Origin: a virus
Taxonomy: Duplodnaviria; Caudoviricetes
Direction: 5' to 3' (one strand)
Virus record (IMG/VR): IMGVR_UViG_3300025018_000368
Span: 1 to 33,205 of that record
Length of the DNA stretch: 33,205 bases
Both the position numbers and the translations under genes were made by a program. The notes beneath the pieces are model-generated. The model did no database searches and had not been told where the DNA came from. It worked only from the letters and a program-made list of their open reading frames with translations. Below, in pieces: positions 24,996-33,205 of this stretch. Within the stretch, counting starts at the first letter, position 1, and each line of letters starts with the position of its first letter.

Positions 24996-27900
24996 CTAGC
25001 GCGGCTCTTGGTAGCCGGTCAGCACCGCCCCCGGGTTTTGCGTCTTACCGTCGGCCAAGGCCTCGATCCCGTTGATGGTGCGGTTGATCTGCGCGGCCGG
25101 CAGTTTGAACATGTCACCCGCCGCATTGACCACCGATTTGCGCAGCGGCGCGTCGATGTCGCCCTGGCCCACCTGCTTGGCCAGCTTGAGAATATCAGCG
25201 GCCATGCGCGTGCCCACTGCACCGCCGTAGTCCCCGCCGGGGTCGCCCGCGAACGCGGCGCCCAACTGCGCAATTTCCCGAAACCCCACCAGCTGCCCGA
25301 GCATGAAGTTCATTTGCTCCTTGAGGTACTTGGTGGCCAGCTTCTCGGCGTCGTCTTCGCCCGAGTCGCCGGGTGTCAGGGCTGCGGTGAGCATCATGGC
25401 CATGAACGTGGGCAGCGCGTTGACCAGCACCAAGTCCACCGCTTTGGCCCCCACGGACTGGTCCGACCGCAGCACCCGGTAATTGACGTTGAGCGTGGTA
25501 TTCATGAAGGCCATGAAACCCGTCAGCAGTCGGAATGCCCCGGTGGCACGCTCCAGGCTGGCCAGGTCTTTTTGCAAGCCACTGCCCTGGGCGTCAATGA
25601 CGGCCTGGTCTGCCAGCGCCACGGCCATGTCTTCGTCTTGCCCGGCGTCAATGGCTTTTTCGTAGCCGCCCCACCAGGTGGGCACGTCGACCGCGCTTTG
25701 CATGGCCAGCATCATGACGTAGCCGCCCTGGTCAAGCGCTTTGCGCACTTTGCCGGTGTCTTGCACCGTGGCGTTGACCTCAGCCAGGTCGCGCATGCGG
25801 GTGGTGGCGCGTTTGGCCATGAAGCTCGACTTGTCCACAGCCTGCAGATAGGCCTGGCGCGGGTTACGCATGGCGTGCGCCACTCCGCGAGCCATCCACT
25901 TGGCACCAATTACGCTGATGCTTTGGGTGTAGCCGGTCACCTGTTTGGCCGCGCTCAACACATTGAAGGCCAGCCCGGCAAAGGTAACGTTTCGCGCCAG
26001 CTCGACCATCTTGCGCTCGGCCGCGTTGCGGGTGGGTTGCGACCCTGCAGCATTGTCCCCGGTCCACTGGCGCAACTGGTGCACCACCTCGGACCCGTAG
26101 TACCGGCGCATGGGTGCGTCCATGGCTTTGATCAGGCGATTGGCGTCAATGATCCAGGGCTGCCAGTGCAGGTAATGGATGGTATCTTGCAGGCTGCCCA
26201 CCATGGCGTTGAGCGACAGCAGCAGCGGGCGCCCCTTTACTTCCTCGGCCCGGGCTTTGACAAAAGATTTGCTGACCGTGCTGGCCACGCGCGCGGCCTG
26301 CATCATGGCTTTGGCGTCTTTCTGGTCGGCAAAGCTGGCCGACTTGCCGTTGGCCCGGGGGTCATACACCACCGGGGCATAACCGCCGCGCAGTTGCAGG
26401 GTGATGCCGTCGCTGGTTTTGACTTCCAGCGGTACCGCTTCCACCCAGTTAGGTTCAACCCCGTTGATCAGGCGCTCCATGGCCCCCACGCGCGGGCGAA
26501 ACGACTCGTAGTAGTCCCACATGCCCTGCACGAACTGCCAGTCCGCTGCGCTCAGAGTGGCCAGCACGGGTTCAATCTGCGCAGGGGTCCAGCCCTCGCC
26601 ATCGAGCAAGCGCTGGCGGTTGCCGTCGTTGCCCAGGTTCAGCGCCATCACAATGCGCGCCTGGCGGTTCAGGCTGCGGTCAATGGCGGGGAAGTATTGC
26701 GCCCGGTCGGTGATGTTGCCCAGGTTCTTGACCGGCTTGAGCAGGGCCTGCACCGCGTCGTGGGCTGCGGCCACTTCGACCACCTCACCGTTGGCGGCGT
26801 CGTTGGCCGTCATCATCAGGTGCTCCCACATGGGGCCGCCCGCGCCCCCGTCCATGATGTGCAGCAGGTTGGCCGCTTTGATGTGGCTAAAAAAGAACCC
26901 GCGCCAGCTCAGACGGCTTTGGCCTTTCTGGTCGTTGGGGGTGCGGGTGTCGCCCGCCTTGCGCCCGGCCTTGATGGCGACCCGACTCAGGTGGTCGGTC
27001 ATGCGCGCCACCACTGCGTCAAACTCGCGGTTTTTGCGGTCGGTCAACACCTTTTTGGTGCGCCGACCGATATGCTCGATTTGCTTGATGGCCTGCACCA
27101 GCCCGCGCATCTCTTCGACCGTGGCGTCCTTGTAACTGCGCACCTCGATCTGGTCGATGAACCCGGCCAGCAGCAGGGCCTGGTCTTCCTCGTTGGGGTA
27201 GATCAGTTCGCCGTCGGAGTTGGTGCGCTGGATCTCGGCGGCGTACTGTGCGCGTTGCTTTGGCCCAAGCAGTAGCTCGGCATTGGGCGGTACCAAACCG
27301 TTGTCAATCTGCGCCTTGGCCCAGGTGCGAAACTGGGCCGCGTTGTCCAGGCTTTTCAGGGTGATGCCCTTGCGCAAGTCAAACTTGCCCAGCAGCGCCT
27401 GGATTTGCTCGAAGTGCTCGGCCGGGATGCTGCCCGGTTTCTGCACCCGATCAAAATAGGCCAGCGCTTTGGCAATGTCGTCTTGCGCGGCATAGGCTGC
27501 CTTGGTGGCGTACAGGTTGATCAGCTGGTTGCGCTTGTGCATGGTCTGTTTGGTCAGGTCACCCAGCGCCTTCTCTGCGGCCTTGGCGGCACGCACTTCG
27601 GCCGCCGCGTACTGGTGCGGCCGGATGTCGCGCACCTTGAGGCGGGCAATGACGGTATCGGCATGCGCTTTGGCCATTTGCACCAGCACGTCGACCGTGT
27701 GCTTTTTGCCTGGTATCAGGCCACGCACGCTCATGGCCTGCGCCAGGGCTTTGAGTTCGGTCGCCACAAAGCGCACCCGGGCGTCGTTGTGGATGGCCGC
27801 ATCGGTGGCGCGCTCCAGCCCGGCCGGGGTGGCCAGGTCCCCGTGTTCTTCCAACATGCGCTGGTCGGTCATGCCCTCGATCACATCTTTGGGGTTTTGT

Positions 27901-30900
27901 GCATCGGCCAGCGCTTTGACCAGCTTACCCCCCGACTCAAAGCCAAACATGGCGCCCACTACGTCGGGGTGCAGCCCGGTTTCGTCGCTGGTCATGCGCA
28001 GCTTTGAGAGCTTGCGCCAAAGCGCGTCGTCTTGCGTGCCGTACATGTAGCGCAGATCCTCGGTGCGCAGTTTGCCGTAACCAAAGTCCGGCAGATCCGG
28101 CACGTCCAGGGGGGCGTCCCCGTAGGCCGCCGCCATGTCGCGGTGAATCGAGAACCGGTCTACCCCGCGCAACTGGTCGTCCCACATCTCCTCGAACTTG
28201 TCCAGGTCGGCTTTGCCGTTCTCGTCGGGCAGCAAGTAACCGTATTCCAGCAAGCGCTCGGCCATGGCGTCCAGGCCGTAGCCCTTGGTCTTGCGCACCA
28301 CGGGGGTGCCAAACACGCCAGATTCAGCCGCGCCGTTCTTGGCCTCATAACCCCACTGCGCTTTCACTTGCGCGGCGTCCAGGCCGCCCAGCTTGGCAAT
28401 GGCGGTGAACAGGTTGTCCACCTCGGGGTTGATGCCGACCGACTGGCCCACGGGCTTGTCGCCCACCACCTTGTCGCCGGCCTTGGCGGTTAAAAACGTC
28501 CAGGCCCGGTACAGGGGCTGGCGCATAACGTCGGCCTTGACTTCTTGCTCGATGCGTGCACGCAAGGTGTCGTGCATCTTTTGCATTTCTTTGAGCTTGC
28601 GACTGCGGGCGTTGCGCAGCCACTGCATATCGGCCAGCCCTTTGGCTTGCAGCGCGTCCACCGCGTCCAGCGTGGCCTGCTTGCCCGCGTCGTGGTAACG
28701 CTGGTATTCGTCCAGCGTCATACCCGCTTCTTCGGGCGTCTTGAACAGCGGCCCCATGTTGCGCGCGGCCTCGGCCTGGGCGATCTGGTCGTTGGTGGCG
28801 AGCATGCGGTCCATCACGGCGCGCACCTCGTCGGTGAGCTCCACCTTCAGGGCCCCGCCGATGTCGCCGGGTGTGGCGCTGACCGACTTCAGCATGGCGC
28901 GGTAGACGTTCACCAGCCAGGCGCGAAAGGTCTGGAACATCTTGGTCAGTTCCAGGCTGGGGCTCTTGCCCTCGAAGGCATAGGCCTCAAAACCGCGCGC
29001 CCATTGCTCGTGGTGCGTGCGCTTTTCATCAGGCGTCATCAGGTACCAGGTGTCCAGCGCCGACAACTCGGGCGAGCCTGTCACCCCCAGCCAGGCCAGC
29101 GTGGTGTTGAAGTCATCTAGCACGGCGCGTTCTTCGGGCCTGAGGCTGTCCAGACCAAACACATTGGCTTCCTGCTGAAGCTTGGTGGCCAGGTCGGCAT
29201 GCACTTCCAAAAAGAAGTGACCGCCCTCGTGGACAAAGGTCGAAAGGTCGGCCCCGCTCAGCATGCTGATGATGCTGGCTTGTTGGGTGATGTCGTTGCC
29301 GAAGGCGATCTGGCCACGGGCATCCTGCATGAATACCACCTGCCCAAATCCGCGCGGCTTGTAGCTCATGATGTTGCCGGGTATTTTTCTGTAAACACTC
29401 TCGGTTTCGCTGCGCAGTGGCGGCTGGTCAATGGCGCGGTTTGCCGCTGTGTCACCGCCAACCGTTTCTCGCGCGGCGCGTTGGACAATCATGCTTATAC
29501 CGGCTTCACTGGTGAAGCCCGCAGCCATCATAGACCGCATGTAGTCAATCCGGACGTTGGTTACGTATATCCCTAAACCGTATTTGTCGGCGATCTCTTT
29601 GGCCTCGGTAATGATGACGTCGCCGGGCGCTTTGTTGTGGTTTGCGGTGATGTTGCCCAGGCTGTCCAGCAAAAACGCGCCAGGCGTACCGATCAGGTCG
29701 TTGAGGTCTTCGAGCTCTTGAGCGACTTTTGGGGCGAGTAGCTTCCAATCTTTGGCGGGCAGCGGTTCGCGCCGGTGTGGATCGTTTCGGTAACTTTCGG
29801 GTAGCAGACTGACGACGTCGTTGTATTCGGCGCGGCTCCAGTTACGAGTTTGTGGCCAGGCTTTGAATTTTCCATCTTTGGATATTACGCTCGATTTACC
29901 ATCTTGGTGCAGGATGTTGGCGTCCTTGGGGTCGTAAGTGCCCCGGTTGAAAACGCTTTTGATTTGCTCAGGCTTGAACGCCACGTAGGTGGTGGAATTC
30001 TTGGCGGCTACATCACCCACGCCCTGGTCGTGTACTTTGGACACCACCACCCCGTCGTACTTCCCGGAGTCCTTGGCTAATTGCACAATGTCGTTCAGGC
30101 TGCGGTATTCGCCCTTGTAGAGGATTTCCCGCCAGTTTTCACCCTTGGCGTTGACCCGCAACGGCTTTTTCAGGCTGATGTGAACCGGCATGACGTTGGC
30201 GTTGTCTTTGAGTTTTTCCGAAAAGTCGCCCCGCCACTGCACGGTATAGCTGCTGGCTACGGCCGGGTCATCAGTAAAAAAGTAAGTGCCTTCGGGCGCA
30301 CCCGTTTTGGAACTTTTGCCGGAGAGTCCAGGGTCGAAGTTGTCAAAGTCGCCTGACATGAATTCACCACGGTTGCCGACATTTACCCCGGTACCGTGGT
30401 ACACCACCAGCGGCTTGCCCTCCTTATCCACCACCTTGCTGTCCCCGAACCAGCCCTTGAATGCTTCGCTCTCAGGGGCCAGCTTGCCCTGGTCGTACAT
30501 GCCGTCCGTGCTGCTTTGCCCGCTGAACCCCAGTTTGTACCGGTCGGCAAAGGCCTGCACGCTCACGCCAGTGCGCGCGGCCATGACGGCGTAGAAGGTG
30601 CCCGCCAGTGTGGCGTAATGCTCGTTGACCTTGGGGGTGAAGCGCCCCACAGCGTTGAGTTGGGTCAGCAGCTGGGCCTGCACGGCTTCGCGCCCGGCGT
30701 TGAATTCGGTGTTGGTTTGCTTTTCCAGCAGCACCGATTCAATCTCTGCGTTCAGCGCGTCGCCTTTTTCCTGCATGTAGGTTTTGGCCTCAAGGCGACT
30801 CATGGCGCCCACGTCGGTGCGGGCGTTGTCGATCAGGCTTTGCGAGAATTCGGCGCCGATGGTGCCCACCAGCAGCTCGGCGGTCGGTATCACCAAATCA

Positions 30901-32162
30901 CCCCCGGTTTGCACTTGGTCAAGTTGCGTGGCCACGCTGGGCACGGCCCGGGCCAGGGCTTGCAAGTCCACCCCGGCCTCGATCAGTTTGGCGCTGTCGA
31001 CAAACACGGTGCCCGCGCCATCGTCGATCAGGTCTTGCATGTAACCGGCCAGCGTCTCGGGGCTGCGCTCCAGCATTTTTCCGGCCTGCATCGTGGTTTG
31101 CAGGTCCTGCAGGAGCTGGGCCTGCTGTTCGGCGTGGGCTGCCAGGCGGTCGCTCTGGCTAGCACGCGCCATGACACTTTCAACACCTTTAATGACACCG
31201 ATCTGGGTGCCCCCGCCCACCAGCGTGGCGATGGCGGTTTGCATCAGTGCCTCGGGCTGTTCGGCGAAGAACTCACCAATGGACTTGTCGGGGTTGACGT
31301 TGCCCCATTCGTTGAAGTTCTGCCACAGCGTGGCGGCACCTTCGCCGCGCAGCTCCTTAGATATCTCGTAGCCGAACAGCTTGCCCGCGCTGGCCCCGGC
31401 CTTGACGTTTTTCAGCAGGCCAGCCACGCCCAGAAACTTCTCAGTGACGATCTCGGCCGTGGCGTCCTGGATGCCGTAGGCACCCGCTTGGGCGGGGCTC
31501 AGGCCCGCGTCGCGCCCCTTGCCGTAGGACTGCCCCCCGGCGGCCAGGCCCATGGCCCCCAGCATGAGTTGTTCCCCCGCGACACGCGCGCCATTGGCAA
31601 AACCAAGGGGCAGCAGGGCCAGGGTCTGGCCGGCACTCTGAAAGCCCGACATGACACTCTTTTCAACAAACCCGGCGTCCGGGTTCGCGCCCATGACCTG
31701 GTTCGCTAGGCCTTGCGCGTTGCGTTGTTGCTGGCGCATCCAGCCCCCCGCGCTCTCCAGCCCCACCAGTTCGGTCGGAAAGGCGGCCGCGCCCCATAGG
31801 CCCGCGCTCAGAGCGGGCAGGCCACTGGCGATGGCGCGCGGCACCTTGGCCAACATGCTGGCGCTGGTTTCCAGCAGGCCCATGTTGTCCAGGTCGTCAT
31901 GCGCGATTTGCGCCCGCTGGGGCTCGGCGGCCAGCCAGCCGCGAAGCTTGGGGGATTGGTCCAGCACCGCGTTGGCCTCATCCAGTTTGGCGCGGGTTTC
32001 GTACTCAGGCTTGTACTCGGCAATTACCCCGGGGGGCAGGCCGTAGCGTTGGGCCAGTTTGGCGTTTTGGGCGACCTCGTCGGGTTTGGCTTCCAGGCCA
32101 AAGCGCAAATTGGCGCGCGCTTGCACGTCCATGCCGTCATCAAAAAGATCAGTGTTTGACAT
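24996..32162 (-). CDS. Giant internal virion (ejection) polyvalent protein, 2388 aa
   Basis: Position before tail fibre as in BPP-1-like phages; ART-like segment FKGWFGDSKVVD..PLVVYHGT..YVAFKPEQIKS; metallopeptidase motif TFVHEGGHFF. Confidence 0.85.
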   Translation of the reverse strand: MSNTDLFDDGMDVQARANLRFGLEAKPDEVAQNAKLAQRYGLPPGVIAEYKPEYETRAKLDEANAVLDQSPKLRGWLAAEPQRAQIAHDDLDNMGLLETSASMLAKVPRAIASGLPALSAGLWGAAAFPTELVGLESAGGWMRQQQRNAQGLANQVMGANPDAGFVEKSVMSGFQSAGQTLALLPLGFANGARVAGEQLMLGAMGLAAGGQSYGKGRDAGLSPAQAGAYGIQDATAEIVTEKFLGVAGLLKNVKAGASAGKLFGYEISKELRGEGAATLWQNFNEWGNVNPDKSIGEFFAEQPEALMQTAIATLVGGGTQIGVIKGVESVMARASQSDRLAAHAEQQAQLLQDLQTTMQAGKMLERSPETLAGYMQDLIDDGAGTVFVDSAKLIEAGVDLQALARAVPSVATQLDQVQTGGDLVIPTAELLVGTIGAEFSQSLIDNARTDVGAMSRLEAKTYMQEKGDALNAEIESVLLEKQTNTEFNAGREAVQAQLLTQLNAVGRFTPKVNEHYATLAGTFYAVMAARTGVSVQAFADRYKLGFSGQSSTDGMYDQGKLAPESEAFKGWFGDSKVVDKEGKPLVVYHGTGVNVGNRGEFMSGDFDNFDPGLSGKSSKTGAPEGTYFFTDDPAVASSYTVQWRGDFSEKLKDNANVMPVHISLKKPLRVNAKGENWREILYKGEYRSLNDIVQLAKDSGKYDGVVVSKVHDQGVGDVAAKNSTTYVAFKPEQIKSVFNRGTYDPKDANILHQDGKSSVISKDGKFKAWPQTRNWSRAEYNDVVSLLPESYRNDPHRREPLPAKDWKLLAPKVAQELEDLNDLIGTPGAFLLDSLGNITANHNKAPGDVIITEAKEIADKYGLGIYVTNVRIDYMRSMMAAGFTSEAGISMIVQRAARETVGGDTAANRAIDQPPLRSETESVYRKIPGNIMSYKPRGFGQVVFMQDARGQIAFGNDITQQASIISMLSGADLSTFVHEGGHFFLEVHADLATKLQQEANVFGLDSLRPEERAVLDDFNTTLAWLGVTGSPELSALDTWYLMTPDEKRTHHEQWARGFEAYAFEGKSPSLELTKMFQTFRAWLVNVYRAMLKSVSATPGDIGGALKVELTDEVRAVMDRMLATNDQIAQAEAARNMGPLFKTPEEAGMTLDEYQRYHDAGKQATLDAVDALQAKGLADMQWLRNARSRKLKEMQKMHDTLRARIEQEVKADVMRQPLYRAWTFLTAKAGDKVVGDKPVGQSVGINPEVDNLFTAIAKLGGLDAAQVKAQWGYEAKNGAAESGVFGTPVVRKTKGYGLDAMAERLLEYGYLLPDENGKADLDKFEEMWDDQLRGVDRFSIHRDMAAAYGDAPLDVPDLPDFGYGKLRTEDLRYMYGTQDDALWRKLSKLRMTSDETGLHPDVVGAMFGFESGGKLVKALADAQNPKDVIEGMTDQRMLEEHGDLATPAGLERATDAAIHNDARVRFVATELKALAQAMSVRGLIPGKKHTVDVLVQMAKAHADTVIARLKVRDIRPHQYAAAEVRAAKAAEKALGDLTKQTMHKRNQLINLYATKAAYAAQDDIAKALAYFDRVQKPGSIPAEHFEQIQALLGKFDLRKGITLKSLDNAAQFRTWAKAQIDNGLVPPNAELLLGPKQRAQYAAEIQRTNSDGELIYPNEEDQALLLAGFIDQIEVRSYKDATVEEMRGLVQAIKQIEHIGRRTKKVLTDRKNREFDAVVARMTDHLSRVAIKAGRKAGDTRTPNDQKGQSRLSWRGFFFSHIKAANLLHIMDGGAGGPMWEHLMMTANDAANGEVVEVAAAHDAVQALLKPVKNLGNITDRAQYFPAIDRSLNRQARIVMALNLGNDGNRQRLLDGEGWTPAQIEPVLATLSAADWQFVQGMWDYYESFRPRVGAMERLINGVEPNWVEAVPLEVKTSDGITLQLRGGYAPVVYDPRANGKSASFADQKDAKAMMQAARVASTVSKSFVKARAEEVKGRPLLLSLNAMVGSLQDTIHYLHWQPWIIDANRLIKAMDAPMRRYYGSEVVHQLRQWTGDNAAGSQPTRNAAERKMVELARNVTFAGLAFNVLSAAKQVTGYTQSISVIGAKWMARGVAHAMRNPRQAYLQAVDKSSFMAKRATTRMRDLAEVNATVQDTGKVRKALDQGGYVMMLAMQSAVDVPTWWGGYEKAIDAGQDEDMAVALADQAVIDAQGSGLQKDLASLERATGAFRLLTGFMAFMNTTLNVNYRVLRSDQSVGAKAVDLVLVNALPTFMAMMLTAALTPGDSGEDDAEKLATKYLKEQMNFMLGQLVGFREIAQLGAAFAGDPGGDYGGAVGTRMAADILKLAKQVGQGDIDAPLRKSVVNAAGDMFKLPAAQINRTINGIEALADGKTQNPGAVLTGYQEPR

Positions 32163-33205
32163 CAGAAACGTCCAAGTTGTAAGCCACGGGTGTAAGCGCG
32201 TTCAATTTCGGCCTTTTGGCCGTCGGTCATGGCGCCCGCGCCCAGGCTGTACTTGGCGCGGTAGTCGTTGACCAGCGCCTCGCGGGCACCGGTGGGGATG
32301 TCATCGAAGCGTTTGGCCACAAAGCTGGCATCGGGTTTGATGCTGGGGTCGGTGGCAATTTGGTAGCCGCGCTTTTTGGTGGGGAGCAGGCCAAACAGAC
32401 CAGTGCCTTGTTCCACGCCTTCACGCACCAGGCCCAGGCCCACCCGTTTGCCCTCCTCGGGGGTGAGTGCTGCGCCCTTGGCTTTGGTGGCGTCATCCAG
32501 GCTGCGGGTGAGTGCGTCCATGAACAGCGCGGTTTCCCGGGCTGCGGGCGTGCCCTCCTTGGGTGTCAAGTCGATGCCGATGGCCGTCACCTCGGCCTTG
32601 ATCGTGCCCAGGGTGTTCCTGATGGTGCGCTGGCTTTCCATGGCCTTGGCATCGGCTTTGCTGATGCTGGCTTGCACCTCGATCAAATGCCGGTAGTCGC
32701 TTTTGCTCAGGTACGGCTCGGACTTTGAAAGGTCAAGATTGGCGAACTTTTGCGCGTCGTCCATGGCCAGGCGGCGCAGTCCGTAGTAAGCGCCTTCTTT
32801 GGCTGCGGACCCGCCCTCTGATTCGGCTTTGTCTTGCCTGCGCTTTTGGTCTTGCCAGTCACGGATCTGGCGTAGCTCTTCGGGTGCGGTCTCGGTCAGC
32901 GCGGCAATTTGCAAATTGCTCAGGCGGCCCGTGGACATCATGCTGGACCATGCCTGTTTGCCCAAGTCCTTGGCCTTGTTGGTCTGCGCGATGTCGGCTT
33001 CCTGGTAACGGTCGTGCAGCTCTTTGACTGCCTGGTCGCGTTCCTCGCCGGTAAAGCCCTCACGCGCGAGTTTCAAGGCGTCTTCCATAGGCAGACTTTG
33101 CCGCATGATGCCGTCACCAAAGGCCTGCACTTTAGCCCGGGTGGTGCCCACGTCCAGCGCCTTTTGTAGGCGCAATTTGGCGTCCGCCGTGATCTCGGTG
33201 TCGAA
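32162..33205 (-). CDS. Internal virion protein (5' end beyond window)
   Basis: Frame is open to the right edge (FDTEITADAKLRLQK...); helical; stop overlaps start of the giant protein. Confidence 0.75.
   Translation of the reverse strand, partial: FDTEITADAKLRLQKALDVGTTRAKVQAFGDGIMRQSLPMEDALKLAREGFTGEERDQAVKELHDRYQEADIAQTNKAKDLGKQAWSSMMSTGRLSNLQIAALTETAPEELRQIRDWQDQKRRQDKAESEGGSAAKEGAYYGLRRLAMDDAQKFANLDLSKSEPYLSKSDYRHLIEVQASISKADAKAMESQRTIRNTLGTIKAEVTAIGIDLTPKEGTPAARETALFMDALTRSLDDATKAKGAALTPEEGKRVGLGLVREGVEQGTGLFGLLPTKKRGYQIATDPSIKPDASFVAKRFDDIPTGAREALVNDYRAKYSLGAGAMTDGQKAEIERAYTRGLQLGRF

Larger units (their letters stand above)
1..33205. mobile_element. Temperate podovirus genome segment (BPP-1/APSE-like organisation), excised attP form
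   Basis: Terminase, cI/cro, DUF2800-SSB-PolA-VRR-NUC-SNF2 replication block, xis/int, attP, lysozyme, tail fibre and internal virion genes; no host housekeeping genes; phage genes on both sides of att core. Confidence 0.95.

Noticed and set aside
25008-31709. Long plus-strand ORFs (755 aa, 437 aa and others)
   Set aside because: Antisense shadows of the high-GC giant gene with no recognisable motifs

Overview
The whole window is part of a temperate podovirus genome with BPP-1/APSE-like gene order, probably from a betaproteobacterial host (inferred from the tRNA-His-derived att core and high GC). It is in the excised form: an intact attP (tRNA-His 3' end, 18565-18591) lies between integrase and lysis genes. 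Left to right: packaging genes (minus strand), putative origin, primase-helicase, cro/cI switch, early/replication operon (DUF2800 nuclease, SSB, PolA, clamp-like protein, VRR-NUC, SNF2 helicase, xis, int), attP, then a minus-strand late operon (lysis genes, a diversity-generating retroelement, tail fibre, 2388-aa polyvalent virion protein). The main discovery is the DGR: RT at 20559-21609, template repeat 21725-21840, variable repeat 21915-22030 at the C-terminus of a 425-aa receptor-binding-type protein. It has no avd gene; 19 of 21 adenine substitutions are A-to-G; a 13-bp long-range RNA stem encloses the TR; and one extra base in the RT replaces its C-terminus and fuses it to the next gene. 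Also seen: a three-copy late-promoter motif GGTGCGCGCAT-N16-nAAAnT, a DnaJ-type zinc-finger insertion in PolA, and an ADP-ribosyltransferase-like insert in the giant virion protein. Family assignments are from motif recognition, not database searches.
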